A DNA stretch of 64,000 nucleotides from Negaprion brevirostris (GCA_030324005.1 JARDVH010000106.1:55882026-55946025); one strand, 5' to 3'; shown: positions 1 through 12,459, numbered from the stretch's first letter. The notes: generated by a model from the sequence alone, not told the origin. Program-made: numbers and translations.

Positions 1-530
1 ACCGGATAACCACTGTACCCACCCCTGTCCTGGGACAACACACTGACCGGATAACCACTGTACCCACCCCTGTCCTGGGACAACACACTGACCGGATAAC
101 CACTGTACCCACCCCTGTCCTGCGACAACACACTGACCGGATAACCACTGTACCCCCCCAAGACCGGGTACAACACACTGATCGGGCAATCACTGCACCC
201 ACCCCAAACCGGGGACAATACACTGACTGGGTAACTGCTGCACCCAGGCAAGACTGGGGATAACACACTGACTGGGGAACCGCTGTACCCACCCCAGACC
301 GGGCACAGCATCCTGACTGGATGACCACTGCACCCATCACAGACTGGAGGCAACACACTGATCAGGGAACTGCAGTACCCACCCAGACCAGGCACAGCAT
401 ACTAACTGTGGGAACCACTGCACCTATCCCAGACCGGAGGCAACACTGACCAGGGAATCGCTGCACCCATCTTAGACCTGGCACAACACACTGACCAGGG
501 ACAACATACTGACCAGGGATCAACTGCACC
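1..530. repeat. Minisatellite, ~45-bp unit
   Basis: Unit ACCGGATAACCACTGTACCCACCCCTGTCCTGGGACAACACACTG starts at 1, 46 and 91, then degenerates into 43-45 bp variants up to ~530. Confidence 0.95.
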
Positions 531-550
531 TTCAGCAATATCGCATCTTA

Positions 551-820
551 GTTTATTAGTGTTACAAGTAGGTTTACATCAACACTGCAATGAGGTTACT
601 GTGAAAATCCCATAGCTGCCACATTCTGGCACCCGATTGGTTATATTGATGGAAATTTTTTTTTTACATAGCCAATGCCCCTAACCAGCAGATCTTTCAG
701 GACTATGGGAGGAAACTGGAGGAAAGTCATACAGACATGGGGGGAATGTGCAGATTCCGCACAGTAACCCAAGCTGTGAATTGAACCTGGGTCCCTGGCA
801 CTGAGGTAGCACTGTGCCAC
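551..820 (-). mobile_element. HE1/V-SINE-like tRNA-derived shark SINE
   Basis: Reverse complement of the 841-1127 copy: tail TTTATTAGTGTTACAAGTAGG at left, head remnant GAATTGAACCTGGGTCCCTGGCACTG at right. Confidence 0.85.
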
Positions 821-840
821 ACATTGGGGTGTCTCTTAGA

Positions 841-1127
841 CGGGCAAGGTGGTTAGCACTGCTGTTTCACAGTGCCCCGGACCTGGGTCTGATTCCTGAC
901 TTGGGTCACTGTCTGTGAAGAGTCTGCACATTTCTCCTTTGTGTTTGCATGGGGTTCCTCCCACAGTCTGAAAGATGTACTGGTTAGGTGCACTGGCAAT
1001 GCTAAATTCTCCCTTAGTGTACCCGAACAGGTATTGGAGTGTGGTGACTAGGGGATTTTCACAATAACTGCATTGCAGTGTTAATTAATGTAAGCCTACT
1101 TATGACATTAATAAATAAACTTTAAAC
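841..1127 (+). mobile_element. HE1/V-SINE-like tRNA-derived shark SINE
   Basis: tRNA-like head GGTGGTTAGCACTGCTG...GGGTCTGATTCC, V-SINE-type body TTCCTCCCACAGTCTGAAAGATG...GCTAAATT, tail ending TAATAAATAAAC. Confidence 0.9.
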
Positions 1128-1289
1128 ATTTTTTACACAACACACCGAGGTTTCCCCTCAAATAAGCAGCAGGCGGGCACTCCGCTCACTGGCACTGAAA
1201 CCTTCAGATGGACAAACTCTTGACGGGATGCACTCAAGACCATGGAGTAAATCTTCATTCATATAAAAATAAAACTCTTACCCCAGTCT

Positions 1290-1393
1290 GAAACAAAATC
1301 AGAAAATGCTGAAAAACCTCAGCAGGAGTGACAGCATCTGTGGAGAGAAAATAGAGCCAAGGTTTTGAATTTGGATGACGCTTTGTCAGAGCT
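1290..1393 (-). mobile_element. Penelope-type terminal repeat fragment
   Basis: AGAAAATGCTGAAAAACCTCAGCAGG...CAGCATCTGTGGAGAGAAA, same family as 4555, 5281, 13527, 35272, 35995 and 43997. Confidence 0.65.
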
Positions 1394-1574
1394 TGTTTAC
1401 CCAGCCCCAGTCTATTGTGTTGGCTGTAGCATGTCCACTATTTCTACTATCATTGAAATTAAAGTTCGTAATTAGAAATATATATATTTAAAAAAAACAC
1501 ATGAAAACACCACTCCTGCTCAAAATTGTGACTGATTTGGATGATTTACTTCGGACAGGAGACTTACTGGAATT

Positions 1575-1970
1575 GTGCTGGGAATTAGGGATTTCAGTTA
1601 TGTGGGAGAAATTGGGATCATCCACCTTGAAGAAGATGTAAAGAGGATTTAGCTGAGGGATCAAAAAAAGTATGAGGAATTTGATAGGTTGGGTGAGGAG
1701 AAGGTTTTGCCACAGTCGGGATGATGGACAACCAGAGGACCTAGATTGGAAATAATGAATAAAAGAACCTGGGTTGAGGAGGACTTTTCTTTCCCTGGAA
1801 TTTAACAGTCTTTAATGCCTGAAAGATTGGTGGAAGCAGTAAGTGGCACAAGGGAGTTAGCTATTTATTTGGAAAACAAAGATTTGCTAGGCTAAGAATA
1901 TCTCTTTCAAAGAGCTGGCATAAGTGAGATGGGCTAATTGGCCTGCTGTGGCCTGATTCTGTGATTTTGG
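1575..1970 (+). mobile_element. Old CR1 LINE 3' fragment
   Basis: Degenerate ORF2 C-terminus and 3' tail GATGGGCTAATTGGCCT...GATTCTGTGATT. Confidence 0.6.
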
Positions 1971-2309
1971 AGCACAAGGTTTCCACACTTCATTCACATG
2001 TGAATCTGATTCTGGAATGCGTTATTTGAAGGCACTGAAGTCTGTAATCCATATTACACTGTGAGTTGTATCATTTTCTGAGGTGCTTGGTTATCTTTAA
2101 ATTTGAGAGGGAGGTGCAGCTGCCACAATTCTTCTACATTAAAATGTTTCCAGCAGATCTGTTGCATGCTTGGATATTTTGCAATGGGGCCTTATTTGCT
2201 TTGACTCTTAAAGACCCCAAAGTACAATATAGCTTCTTCACACTTCCATGTCATAAACCACGTAGTATAATGACAGCAGTCTGGTGAACACACTAGTGGG
2301 ACATAAAGT

Positions 2310-2722
2310 ACATAACTGGGATTGTTTATGAGAGAAGGCTGAGAGGTGACATGATTGAGGTATATAAAATTGTGCGGGGTAGGGAGAGAGTAGACAGGAG
2401 AAACCTGTTTCCCTTGGCAGAGAGTTCAAAAACTAGGGGGTCATAGATTCAAGTTAAGTGGGAGTAGTAGAAGAGACATGAGGGAAAACCTTTTTATATA
2501 CAGGGTGATAGGTGTCTGGAATTCGCTGCTGAGTTGGTGAAGGCAGAGATCCTAAAACTGTTTAAAAAGTACCTGAACTTGCACCTTAAATGCTGAAAAC
2601 TACAGGGATATGGGCCATGTGCAAGAAAATGGGATGAGAAAGGACACCTGGGTGTCTCGAGTCAGCATTGGCAAGATTGACCAAATGGCCCCCTTCTGTG
2701 CTGTATCATTTCTACACTTCTA
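2310..2722 (+). mobile_element. CR1 LINE 3' fragment
   Basis: RRLRGDMIEVYKI-type remnant (AGAAGGCTGAGAGGTGACATGATTGAGGTATATAAAATT) and tail CCAAATGGCCCCCTTCTGTGCTGTATCATTTCTA. Confidence 0.85.
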
Positions 2723-2989
2723 AAAGAATGAGCAGTGTGTTTATTAATGGCAAACGTAATGGGAATTAGGATTCTGCAATGATACGATGCTAAAATTCAC
2801 AAGTAGCTAATGAAATTCAATTCGCGTTGCAATTTTAATAATGTGTAAAAATTAAACATTAGTTAGCATTATGTATTATATTTGTACAGTTCAGTTTACC
2901 CATCTGTTCCCATTGGTATGTGCATTATCAAGTTAGCAATATCATGTTGTTTGGGTCATATTTTATTTATATTTTTGATCAAATTTCAG

Positions 2990-3207
2990 TGACTGTGCCT
3001 GACAATTTCACATGTACCAACTTCAGTGTTGCAGGTGTGAACCCCAATGACATACCACATGTAGTAAGGTTGTCCGGATTGACTGTGATGTTTGATGTTG
3101 AACGAGGTCCCCGTGCTGAGAACAGTGATTTTTCAATATTATTTGGCAATATTGTGAAATGGACTTTTGCAGGACATTCACTATTACATGGACGTTGCAG
3201 CTTGTGA
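2990..3207 (+). CDS. Candidate exon of an unidentified gene (terminal exon to stop 3207, or internal exon ending at the 3063 donor)
   Basis: T-rich tract plus TTTCAG acceptor at 2989; open frame VTVPDNFTCTNFSV...GRCSL*; AATAAA at 3385-3390; not an obvious repeat; no homolog recognised. Confidence 0.3.
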
Positions 3208-4554
3208 TAAATGCAACGGTCTGCACACACTAATTTTGTTGCCATTCTCGTTTTTCACTCTTGTGTACTTAGAATGACTAATGTGGGTCCATGAATCTTG
3301 GACCATCAGAAAAAAAAGGCAAAGTATTTGTTAATGTTTGAGACGGAGAATGTGACTTGTGTTTTGGAAATGAACTATTTTCAGAATAAAATAATTTAAA
3401 CTCATGCATGTGTTATCGAAGAAAGGCATCTCCACGCTACTGGAACTGTAGTCAATGCTATCTAAGCAGATCCAGTAGCCAATCTGAGCACAACAGGGGT
3501 CCGCAAACACCAGTGTAACAAATGACTCGTTACATTTTGGAGTTGGTTGAGCAATAATAGTACTGATGTGAGCAGACAGATGATCCGCGTTTTAGCTATC
3601 ATCCAGAATTTGTTTGTGTCCGTTTCTCAGTACTGAAGTCAGTACTACAGAAGTACCTTGTTTAAACAAGTTTAGTAGCGCCAGGCAAGGGGACAGCCTT
3701 CCGTACCTGTTGGACACCACAGGAACTGTAGTGTTACTGACCCTTTTAATGTTTTAAGTTTCACTTCTGCTTTGTTTTTGTTTTTGGCAGTTACCGTTTA
3801 AGGGGCTGCCCTTCTTGCTTTGTGCCTTGGTTTATTTTAGTTTAATTGTTTTACCGAAAAGAATGGCAAGGCGGACAGCAGGAAGGAAAGGGGAGAAGTG
3901 CTGATCAGGGCAGGCACGAGGTACCGTGGGGGTTAATTTCTACAGTGGTAGCTGCTGGCTAAGCCATAAGTAAAAAATCTGAGCAGAGGAAAACCAATGC
4001 TTGGTAGAGGGGTCCCAAAACAGAAACCAGTCCCATCGTTAGCATTTGCAAGGAATCTAATGCCTGTTTTATTTGGCCATACTGGATGCCTATAAACATG
4101 GGTCTGACCAAATTTCAGGATGTTCTTAATCCTAGGAACAGGGGATATTGGTGCCCCAAATTGTGCTGTATTGCATCCATTTATGGATAGAAACCAGGCA
4201 AGAGAAGATTCAATTTCTACCCCAGCACCTCCAACAATTTAGGACTCCCTGTGTACCGAACTAAAATTTAAGACAAGATTATGTGCATAAGTGCAATATA
4301 CTCGAACAAATGACCTAACTTGGGAGGTGCGAGTTACCATGAAGATAAACTTATATTTGACACCAGCCAAGCATGCAAAAAAACCTTCTTTCCTACTTCA
4401 TTTCACTTACAGAATTCTCTACACCACCACATCCTCTGCTTTGTTCAATCATAGTGTCTGACCGCCATGTATCGTCTGAGAATTGCAACGCAGTTCAATC
4501 ACTTTCACCAGACGGACGAGACTTCTCATTAAAATCATACTAATTATAGTGATA

Positions 4555-5385
4555 GAAACACAGAAAATGCTGGAAATACTCGTCAGGTCTCTCAGGCTTT
4601 GTGGAGCGAGAAACAGAGTTAACGTGTCAAGCTGACCTTTTATTAGATTAGAGAAAAATTAGAAATGTAATTGGTTTTGAGCATGTGAAATAACTACAAC
4701 AATTTTAAACCATAACCTCTGCCTCCATTCAGTTTTGTGTCTTTATTGTTATTCCATTCCCCCTTCCCCCTCTTGTTTATTTCTAAATTCCTTGACGTTG
4801 ATCAAATGGCTGCTATCCTGCCATTTATGTCTCTGGCCACATCTTTTTGATTATTTGCTCCGTTACCATTCCCTTTAGTTTTTTTTAACATGAAACGTTT
4901 GTCATTTCATCTTTCCTGCTTTCCAAACTATCACTCTTCTCCTCATCCCTCCCCACTTCCATTTGCTCAAATCCCATCAGGTTTCTAACTTACCGGGGGA
5001 CATAAGTTTAAGGTGCCAGGGCCAAGGTTTAAAGGAGCTGTAGAAGGGAGATTTTTTACACAGAGATTGGAAGTTGCCTGGAACTCACTGACGGGGGAGG
5101 TAGTGGAAGCAGATACAGTCGTGACTTTTAAGGGGCGTCTGGACAAATCCATGAATATGATTAAAATAGACGGATATGGTTCCCGGAAGGGTAGGGGGTT
5201 TTAATTCAGATGGGCAGCAAGCTTTGTGCAGGCTTGGAGGACCAATGGGCCGGTTCCTGTGCTGTAATTTTCTTTGTTCTTTGATGAAAGGTCATTGCCA
5301 TGAAACATTAACTCTGTTTTCCTCTTCACAGATGCTGCCAGCCCTGCTGGCTATTTTCTTTTATTTCAGATTTCCAGCATCACGT
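4555..5385. mobile_element. Penelope-type element with inverted terminal arms, interrupted by a CR1 fragment
   Basis: Left arm CAGAAAATGCTGGAAATACTC...GAGAAACAGAGTTAACG...GACCTTT (4555-4645) is the inverse of right arm TGATGAAAGGTC...TTAACTCTGTTT...CAGATGCTGCCAG (5282-5385). Confidence 0.7.
4994..5281 (+). mobile_element. CR1 LINE 3' end nested in the Penelope-type element
   Basis: ORF 5013-5204 GRFFTQRLEVAWNSL...FKGRLDKSM is the CR1 ORF2 C-terminus; tail CCTGTGCTGTAATTTTCTTTGTTCTTTG. Confidence 0.9.
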
Positions 5386-6930
5386 TACAAGTGAATTGTT
5401 ATATTTATAACAACATAGGTTTTTGATCACTTAGGGAATCAACAGATATGTAGAATAGGAAGAAAATGGACCTGAGGTAGAAGATAGCCATGATCATATC
5501 AAATGGCTTGAGGGGCTGTATTGTCTAATCCTGCTCCTATGTCATATATTCTTATTTGATGAAAAGTAAAAAAAAAATCAGAATAACAAAAACAGGTTTT
5601 AGCTTATTCCATCTATGAACGTCTTTTGAACTCACCTTCTGTTTATTGTGTGTTCAGGTAAAGTTAACCCCCTGCTTTTATTGTGCTAGGATTTTAACCT
5701 GTTTGCATTCTTCTTAAAGCAAAAACACACATGTCCAAATATGCACCCTGAGCTCTGCTCACTGATGGTGAAAACTTTACTGTTACTAGCCTTAGATATT
5801 CTCTTGAGTAAGTAAGTTCTGTAAGTGCGTTGTGGAAGTGTTATATATTTAAAATGGTTACCTCTTTGGCGGTATAATGTCACATGACCTGTGGTGACAT
5901 AAGCAGAGGGATTCATGGGCTTTTGAGACTCTTCCATCTTGGACTTGCAATTAGCCACATCTAAAACAAAAACCTGCATCGTGTTTAACTTAAACCCACA
6001 AGAATGGCACCTCATTATTTTACTCTTTGCTGCCAATGGGAAGGCATGGTGGCACAGTGGTTAGCATGAAATCAAACCAGCTTGATACCACACTTATTCA
6101 CTGCTCCCTGTGCAATTTTACCTTCTGCAGAAAGCTAACTTACTGGGTGACTGGAAAACGGCATTCTTGGTAAAGCTTACAGGGTATGAGTAGTTAAAAC
6201 AAAACTCCTTCCAGCCTTTAGAAATGTTCAAAAGACATTTCAACCTATTGACCACTCAAAAACACTTGTTGAAATCAGCCCAGACATAAACTAAGCTTTT
6301 TAATTTCTTGTGAACAATTAACGGTTAAATCCATTTTTACTTACTCCATTCCATTACAACTGAGGGAAAAAAAAATAAGCCTCACACCCTGTTCCTTCTT
6401 TCAGTTGATGTACTTGTTCCTGCTGTTACTTTTCTTTTTAGACTGCCTCTAACAGTAACCTTTTGCATTTTCTAAATTATGAGAGACAATAAAGGTCAGA
6501 ATCAAATAGATGAGAGATTTATGGCACAATTTCACAACTATTTCTTAATATTTGAAACAAAGACCAACAGAACATCAATGCTGAAGTTTAAATAATTGGA
6601 AAGTTAGCACAGTTGGAAAATTAGCACAGTTGGAAAATTTATTATTAAAGTGCCATCCAATTTGCTAAAGTGGTATTGCAAAATTCAACAAATTAACATC
6701 TCGTTGATTAACCTACTAATTAGCTTTCATGAAAGTCTTCATCTGATCCTAAAAGAATTGAACCTTAATGCTGCGGGAGACTAGAGCTCTGTGATCTGAT
6801 TATGTCTGAAAATGTGAGCATTATGTGGAGAGCACAAGTTGACGTTGGTCTTACTAATATGTGAAATTGGACCAGATAGAGAATCTGGTGAACTAGATTC
6901 ATGGGCTTTTGAGGCTCTTCCATCTTGGAC

Positions 6931-7650
6931 CTGGCAACAATAATCTCTCCCTCAATGTCAACAAAATGAAGGAGTTGTCATTGACTTCAGGAAACGTAAA
7001 GGAGAACATGCCCCTGTCTACATCAACGGGGATGAAGTAGAAAGGGTCAAGAGCTTCAAGTTTTTAGGTGTCCATATCACCAACAACTGGTTCTGGTCCC
7101 CCCAAGCTGACACGATAGTTAAGAAAGCCCACCAATGCCTCTACTTTGTCAGAAGACAAAGGAAATTTGGCATGTCAGCTACAAATCTAACCAAGTTTTA
7201 CNNNNNNNNNNNNNNNNNNNNNNNNNNNNNNNNNNNNNNNNNNNNNNNNNNNNNNNNNNNNNNNNNNNNNNNNNNNNNNNNNNNNNNNNNNNNNNNNNNN
7301 NNNNNNNNNNNNNNNNNNNNNNNNNNNNNNNNNNNNNNNNNNNTAAGGATCCCATGCACCCCGGACATTCTCTCTTCAACCTTCTTCCTTTGGGAAAAAG
7401 ATACAAAAGTCTGAGGTCACGTACCGACTGACTCAAGAACAGCTTCTTCCTTGCTGCTGTCAGACTTTTGAGTGGACTTACCTTGCATTAAGTTGATCTG
7501 CCTCTACACCCTAGCTATGAATGTAACACTACATTCTGCTCTCTCTCGTTTCCTTCTCTATGAATGGTATGTTTTGTCTGTATAGTGCACAAGAAACAGT
7601 ACTTTTCACTGTATGTTAACACATGTGACAATAATAAATCAAATCAAATA
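6931..7650 (+). mobile_element. 5'-truncated Rex1/Babar LINE
   Basis: NNLSLNVNK, IDFRK, VERVKSFKFLGV and KDPMHPGHSLFNLLP RT/C-terminal motifs; (AAATC)n tail. Confidence 0.85.
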
Positions 7651-9120
7651 AGTAACCCATTTGGCTTCTCAAGCCTGCTATGTCATTAAATAAGATCATA
7701 GCTGTTCTATATTGTGAATTCCACATTTCCATCTAACCCCCACACTCCACCACGGATAACTTTTGATTCTTTTGCCTAACAAGGATGAAATCATAAATGC
7801 CAATCTGAACTAAAGGTTTGGAGTATTGCCAAATTTGGGAAATGAGTTGGCCAAGCCAGCAGCATAAATGGTATAATTGGGAGCAAAAATTGTAGGACAC
7901 CATCATTTGCTCAGGCAGTCAAGGAAGTTGGTATGGTTTAGGCAACTCTACTGAGTGCCCGACAACACCATCGGAAGACCAATCAAGCGGTAATTGTAAG
8001 TACTAAATTAGGATGTAAAGTTAGGTATTAAGTTAGGAACAAAGTGAGGGGTGGGGGTGGAGAAGGTGGAGGGCTCTAATGAAACACAGTTTCAGGTAAT
8101 GTAACAGGAGTTGTAATTGTATTTTGTGATTGCTGAATATAAGCCTTCTCTAAGGGTTGTGGGTTACTTAATTAAATACAGTAAATAAAAAAAAATCAAT
8201 TGGGAATTATCAGAAGAAACTTATCTCACTGAGCATTCTGTTCAAGCCATATACTTGTGAATCTCATGTTATAAACACTTGGGTGTAAGGAGGGCATCTG
8301 AGGGAGAAAGACGCTAACTAAACCTTTTCTGAATGTGATGGGAGTTTCTAAAGTGAAACAGATCTTGCCTACATTTTCATTGCATATGTATCAACATCAA
8401 TTTGGAATTTTTGGGAGAGATATTTTTAGTAATTTGTCACAATAAGTTGGTTTTAAACATCACCAAAAGAAAGTTGTGTGTTGTTTCCTAAGCCCTGGGA
8501 AAGCAGACATCTCTGCAGAGAACAGGGTCAGGTTAAAAAGTGACATTTGAAAAGGATATTAAGTGTTGCATGGGAACTTAGTGAACCTCAAAGTGTAAGC
8601 TGCAGAATTCAAGGGTGGGCACTAAATAAGGTCAAGTTCATGTCAGGGGTGAGATACCCAAAATGTGGTATATTATGAGGGAAGTAATACAACATGGCAG
8701 TAAGGATGTTAAATTGTTAAAGAAACATCTAATTTTATCTGGTTGCATTTGGCATTGTGCCACAATGCTACTCTTGTCTTGGTAAACCTGCCAAGCAAAT
8801 GTCACAAGGAGCAAGATTCACAATTTTACCTTTTATTCCAAAGACTCCTGCAAAATAGAAATGGAACTGCTGAGGTTACTTCAGTCTTTACTTTTTATAC
8901 CTCAGGATACTTTGCAGTGCTAAAGAAGGCCAATACTCATTGCATTCATTTTACACAGTGGAACTCTGATTTTACCAACTATGAAATGGGATGATTAGAT
9001 GCTTCACATCTCAGTCACTTCCCACTCTACTCTATGTCATATTACCATATTGAATTTCTCTGGACTTCTATTTTGTGCCTGCCACTTCTTTTCTCTCTCT
9101 TCCCCTTCATCTTGGTGAAG

Positions 9121-9418
9121 GTTAACTGCAAGTTGGAACATTTCTGAAGACCTTAATGAATTTTGCATTAATTGGCCCACACCCTTTAAAATTTACTCTC
9201 ATTTTCCAATCATTCAATACATTAGCTCTGCAGAAGGTAAAGCTACACTGGGAGCTGAGAATAATTACAGAAATGAGCTGGCCAGGAAAGCATCCAGTAC
9301 ACTACACCGCTGGCACAACTACAATTTTGCTATTTTGGACTGGAATTCACCAGGACTCAGAAAGCTACTGTTCAGCCTCTATTTTAAACTCCAGGATGAT
9401 CACAGTGGCTTGTTTTGA
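9121..9418 (+). CDS. Candidate exon (internal 9121-9236 or terminal to stop 9418), unidentified product
   Basis: Long polypyrimidine tract 9085-9113, AG at 9119-9120, ~98 open codons LTASWNISEDLNEF...KLQDDHSGLF*, donor GAAG|GTAAAG at 9236; no homolog recognised. Confidence 0.25.
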
Positions 9419-9744
9419 ACTGGCCCAGTCAAATCCATTCCTTCTCCTTGAAAAGACATGCAAGACCTGAAGGAATGTTTCGCACAAGAGAATTATCCGT
9501 GGTCCAGACATACCCTCAAAGCAGCAACCATAAACATAGAATTATCATGTACCTTGCCAATGGCATCAGTTTTCTTTTAAATTAAAAATACTATAGCAAA
9601 CCACATTTTAGTTAGCTTCCATACTACTTAAGTGCCCTGTGTTAAACCTTTTGCATTTTTTAACATCTTACAGACCCAATCATCTCAATTTCATTATTGG
9701 GAGAATGGGTTTTAGTCCCCTTGCTTAAGGAATAGATGNNNNNG

Positions 9745-9835
9745 ATCCAAACAGACGCTGGAGTGCGGCGACGAGGAGAAATTGCACAGTAACTTCATTG
9801 CAGTGTTAATGTAAGCCTTATTTGTGACAAATTAA
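9745..9835 (+). mobile_element. SINE 3' tail fragment (841-1127 family)
   Basis: CACAGTAACTTCATTGCAGTGTTAATGTAAGCCT...GTGACA matches 1060-1110. Confidence 0.85.
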
Positions 9836-12459
9836 AAAACGTGCTTATTTTCAGTAACATTTGACTAGCAGCAAAGTAATCATTATCAAAATATGGCAGA
9901 GATAAATTAGAAATTTTGTAGTCACTATTGTTTGACCCATCATTAATTGGTAGGTTTGTAACCCATTTTGTAAACAGAGGAACTGTATTATACTGGAAGA
10001 AAGGCACTGTAAGGAATTGAATTCAAGGTTACTGCTGCAACCAATATAGTTGGTGAAACCTTGTTTTAACTTTCTTTTTTATCAAGTCCAATCCAAATTA
10101 TGGCTGTGAAACCCAAGTATATAAATAACAACCTAAATTTGAGCAGAGGACAAGAGAAACCGTGGAGTAGTTTAAAACATAAAATGTAGACTGTTTTTGT
10201 GTGTCATCACATGAGTGATGTTGTGTAAACGTGTTACCTGCAGCAGAAATTTCACTCACTGACTTTCCACATGACTTACAACTGCAACTCAGAGAAGATA
10301 CTTCTAAGAAAAATGAGATACAGATCTTCAAATTCCCAGATTTGTACTGTAGGGGAAAGTTTTAATCTCCGGGAGCTTTGCCAATTTTTAAACTTCTCAA
10401 CAGACACTATTTCCTGATGTAAAGGACAGAGAAGCTTTGCTAAGCCCGCTGTCCCTCTTGATCTAATCCTCAGAGCATTCGAAGATGATTCTTCAATATT
10501 CTTTCTTACCCCATGGACAAGTGTCTGGTTGCCGCTCAGCAGCTCCCACTGCTGGCACTCCAAACACTCAACAATATAGTACATTCCCACTGTAAAATTA
10601 ACAATGGGCCAAACTTAAAACAACTGATCATCTAAAACAACCGTGGATTCGTACAGAATCTTTCTGATTAGGAACTTCTCTAGAGAACTGCAAATTGAGT
10701 GCATAAAATGCACATGTAGATATGAGATGAAAAATAATAAAATATATAAAAATTTCAAGAACTTTATTTGACTGTAGATTACCATATTCATAATCATCTT
10801 TGCTTTTAAGCTAAGAACAATAAAATATACACAACAAATAACATACATTATTGTTGAAAGGTTCATCTTTGTATCACAAGAAAGACTACTTTATGACTCC
10901 ATGCTACACTTGCCACTTAGAAATAATGCAGTCGTTGAGAAACATCTTTCAAAATTTAGAACATTGAATGCAGTTCTTTACTAAGTAAAGTGCAAACCAT
11001 AAAGCTGTTGCACAGCAACAGATCTTATTCTTCAAAACAAGGTTATAACTACATCATCTTTAAAGCCTGTAAACTACACTCAAAGTAGAAATAATTTTCC
11101 TTATATCAATACACTTATTTTTTGGTCCATTACAAAAAAATCTGTCACAATGTACAGTACAACAGAGGCATAATGCTTGGTATAAGTGCCACAACTTGAT
11201 ATCCTTACTCAAGTATTTTTCTTTGAAATAATGACAAGTATATAAAACTTCACAATTCATTTGTCAGTACCCATGCAGTACATATATTTCAGTTTATACA
11301 AATATCTCTTTTTAGATTTCATTCTCAATTTGGAATCCATCCAAACCAAGGGGTATTATTGTCTGCCTGTCTTTCGTAGACTGAATTCATATTTCCTGCT
11401 CTGAAAGAAGGCCACTTTCCTGTTCACTGGCAGTGGACAGTAAGGANNNNNNNNNNAATTAATCATTTTACAATATAATCTGGTCTAGAGAATGATTTTT
11501 TGATTTTTTTTAAAATAAAGTTTCTCCCTCCCATTCACTGTTGCAGATATAACCTCTAAAATAAGTTTGTTGCACGCACAGAAAGTATATAATTCTTCAG
11601 CGAAGGATGCAATTTTTGTGTTTTTTTTTGTTATTTAAAGCATTAGGTTCCTGCATACATACACAAGTAACTGATCAATACAATGTGCGAAAAGATCTGT
11701 TTAGCATATGTGGTCATTTCAGTACATAGTTTACTTTTTCAGCAGTAGTGCTGGGATAATACCAAACAATGCTCAAGTATAAACTACAGGATTGCAGCAG
11801 CAATAGCAGCAACAGCAGAGCTTGTGATTATGAATACATTTAGTTATTAGTTGACATAAGGTTAAAAGAACCTGCAAAGGCAACCAAGTTTCACTGCCTT
11901 GGCTCCAATTTTAGTTTTATTTTGAAAATCAGACCAACCTACTAAAGTTGTAAAAATCCTTACTTCACTATGAAGATACTCAATTTAACTTGAGTTATAC
12001 TGTATCAGGTTTATTATATTGGTTAATATCTTGCCAAGTCTTTGCCAAGTTCCAGTTTCCTTCTTAATTAGCAGTGTTGAAGCATAATCATTTGGGTTGT
12101 ATATAGTTGCTCTGCCTTTCCCAATCCAAGTACTGACTATACTGCACAATCTCTAATACTTCCAATAACGCATTAAGTGTATGTGTTGCATGTAACTTTA
12201 TTTGAGGTTTGCTTCTAAAATATAAAACATTGTTCCCTAGTTCTGGCTTTAAGAGATTGGATTCATGTAAATACATAGAAAGTGCAATTTTTGTCCTTTG
12301 GTACATTATCATGTGCAAACAACTTCATTGTAACAATAACTTTTTGTGAGGAGAATAAGTTTTTGCCATTTGTGGGTATTCATGGTCTTGGATACTGAAA
12401 AAATAAATCATGGTGAATTAAATTTCACTGTAGGCACAAATGTGGTTAAGGGACTATGA

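Noticed and set aside
1-530. Repeat array as CRISPR-like
   Set aside because: No unique spacers, eukaryotic context; ordinary minisatellite
3670-4250. TAGCGCCAGGCAAGGGGAC resembles a tRNA-Lys PBS of an endogenous retrovirus
   Set aside because: Several mismatches, no paired LTR and no recognisable gag/pol motif
2979-6036. Minus-strand ORFs 2979-3245 and 5686-6036 with Cys pairs
   Set aside because: No recognisable zinc-finger spacing or homolog; length within chance expectation
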